Below are positions 62,783 through 64,000 of a stretch of 64,000 nt of DNA, one piece after another; the first letter of the stretch is position 1, and each line of letters begins with the position of its first letter. Both the position numbers and the translations under genes were made by a program. The notes under the pieces were generated by a model. It ran no database searches. It had not been told where the DNA came from and saw only the letters and a program-made list of their open reading frames with translations. This DNA is from Desulfuromonadaceae bacterium (GTDB lineage Bacteria > Desulfobacterota > Desulfuromonadia > Desulfuromonadales > JAHYIW01). The stretch is from contig JAHYIW010000001.1 of the NCBI GenBank assembly GCA_019429445.1, positions 85,336-149,335 of the forward strand, read 5' to 3'.

Positions 62783-63337
62783 TCAGGCACCAGCCTGCTG
62801 TTCATAGCGTTCAACCAGCTTCAGGTATTTTTCTTCCAGGTGCGGAATTTTTGCTTCTGCCTGGGCATAAGCCTCCAGCATCCGGTCGCGAACTGCTTGC
62901 GGCAGAATACGTTCCGCCAGCGGATAGAGGATATCGTCCTCTTTGTTAATGTGGCCACGCAACAACGCCGCATATCCATTGGCATTTTCAGCGATAACAG
63001 GCGCTTGTCCGGTCTCGCCGTTGAGAGCTTTTTGCGCCGCTTCTGCAATAGCCAGAACATGCGCACGCCCCTGGTCATGTTCGATGTGCATCGCCTCGAT
63101 GGGAGACTGTTTTTCCGGCATGCCGTTTTTGATCAACTCAACAAAGAGCACATCCTCTTCCTTGGCATGGTGAAAACGGTCCGCATAATTGCGGATGAAA
63201 TCTACCGCATCGAGATAAAACTGCCAGTTGCGGAACTTGCCGTGTTCAAGCAATTGCGTGTTCTTCTCAACCAGGGCAATCATGCGCAGGATCAGTTTAT
63301 GCTCGTCAACCATCACCTGGGTCACGTTGGTTTTCAT
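62783..63337 (-). CDS. Hemerythrin/HHE cation-binding domain protein
   Basis: 'EHKLILR', 'HHAKEEDVLF', 'EHDQGR', 'HINKEDDILYP'. Confidence 0.92.
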   Translation of the reverse strand: MKTNVTQVMVDEHKLILRMIALVEKNTQLLEHGKFRNWQFYLDAVDFIRNYADRFHHAKEEDVLFVELIKNGMPEKQSPIEAMHIEHDQGRAHVLAIAEAAQKALNGETGQAPVIAENANGYAALLRGHINKEDDILYPLAERILPQAVRDRMLEAYAQAEAKIPHLEEKYLKLVERYEQQAGA

Positions 63338-63340
63338 TGT

Positions 63341-63799
63341 TTACGCCTTTCTGGTGCCGTCAACACCGATCACCGCCACTTCGAGTGGTACATCCTTGCC
63401 GGACTGGGCAATCGCCTGCTGAGCCAATATCGCCAGGCCACGGCAGCAGGGGACGTCCATGATCGTCACGGTCACTGACTGAATATCGTTCCGGGCGATG
63501 ATTGTCGCCAACTTTTCAACGTAGGGGCTGGTGTCATCCAGCTTCGGACAGGCATTGACCAGGACCCGCCCCTTGATGAAATCCCTGTGGAAGTCGGCGT
63601 AGGCAAAAGGAACACAGTCCGCAGCGATCAACAAATGTGCATTCTGCAAATAAGGGGCGTGCGGCGGCATTAGCTGCAACTGGGTCGGCCACTGGCGCAA
63701 CTCGGAAGGCCTGCTCTCTGTATGGGTCGCTTCCACGGTTGCGTTTCTTTCGATGGTACGGACATGGGCACCTGGGCATCCACAGGCAAGTTGACTCAT
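63341..63799 (-). CDS. Cys-rich iron-sulfur cluster-binding protein (stand-alone domain)
   Basis: 'CGCPG', 'SELRQWPTQL', 'LLIAADC', 'ACPKLD', 'MDVPCCRGL'. Confidence 0.82.
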   Translation of the reverse strand: MSQLACGCPGAHVRTIERNATVEATHTESRPSELRQWPTQLQLMPPHAPYLQNAHLLIAADCVPFAYADFHRDFIKGRVLVNACPKLDDTSPYVEKLATIIARNDIQSVTVTIMDVPCCRGLAILAQQAIAQSGKDVPLEVAVIGVDGTRKA

Positions 63800-63800
63800 T

Positions 63801-64000
63801 TTATTCTCCTTCTTTGCTAGCGAGGTAGTCGTTGATTTCCTTTTCGATCTGCGCTTCGATCTCTTCGCCAAGAGCGTGGATCGCAACGACATCCTTGACC
63901 AGACAGATTCCGACACCGCAGGTTACGCAGCCGATATCGTATTTCTGTAAAATTTCACCGATCACGGGATGCTCTGCGATGGTTTTGTTGATCGCCTGCG
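63801..64000 (-). CDS. Small CxxC protein (DUF1858/ScdA-N-like); 5' end outside the window
   Basis: Hand translation: ...QAINKTIAEHPVIGEILQKYDIGCVTCGVGICLVKDVVAIHALGEEIEAQIEKEINDYLASKEGE*. Confidence 0.7.
   Translation of the reverse strand, partial: QAINKTIAEHPVIGEILQKYDIGCVTCGVGICLVKDVVAIHALGEEIEAQIEKEINDYLASKEGE

Overview
A 64-kb chromosomal window from a Desulfuromonadales-like deltaproteobacterium (lineage inferred from gene content). The left half is an energy-conservation super-cluster: rnfABCDGE, a 14-gene nuoA-N operon whose NuoEFG head carries HydABC/Bfu-type electron-bifurcation fingerprints, and a futalosine menaquinone operon (ubiD-ubiA-ubiX-mqnE...mqnC). That last operon is interrupted by a translationally coupled cargo block containing two internally collapsed type III restriction-modification genes. 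The middle holds a minus-strand run (PstS-like binding protein, long MCP, MBL hydrolase, TIGR04442-like protein, divergent EF-G), sulfur assimilation genes (cysH, sir, cysK), ppc, a SAM-I riboswitch with two trans-sulfuration genes, wrbA and a Cache MCP. The right end has a decayed acyl-CoA/ETF locus, then an AT-richer islet (about 60.4-62.7 kb). The islet contains a complete type III hammerhead ribozyme fold, a degenerate attC-like site and an uncharacterised two-gene module: a small putative nuclease toxin plus an IrrE/ImmA-like protein with a dead HEXXH motif. Two MITE families with target-site duplications and a REP-like repeat family are visible. No tRNA, rRNA, CRISPR array or intact transposase/integrase was seen. 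All family calls are from motif recognition; no searches were run.
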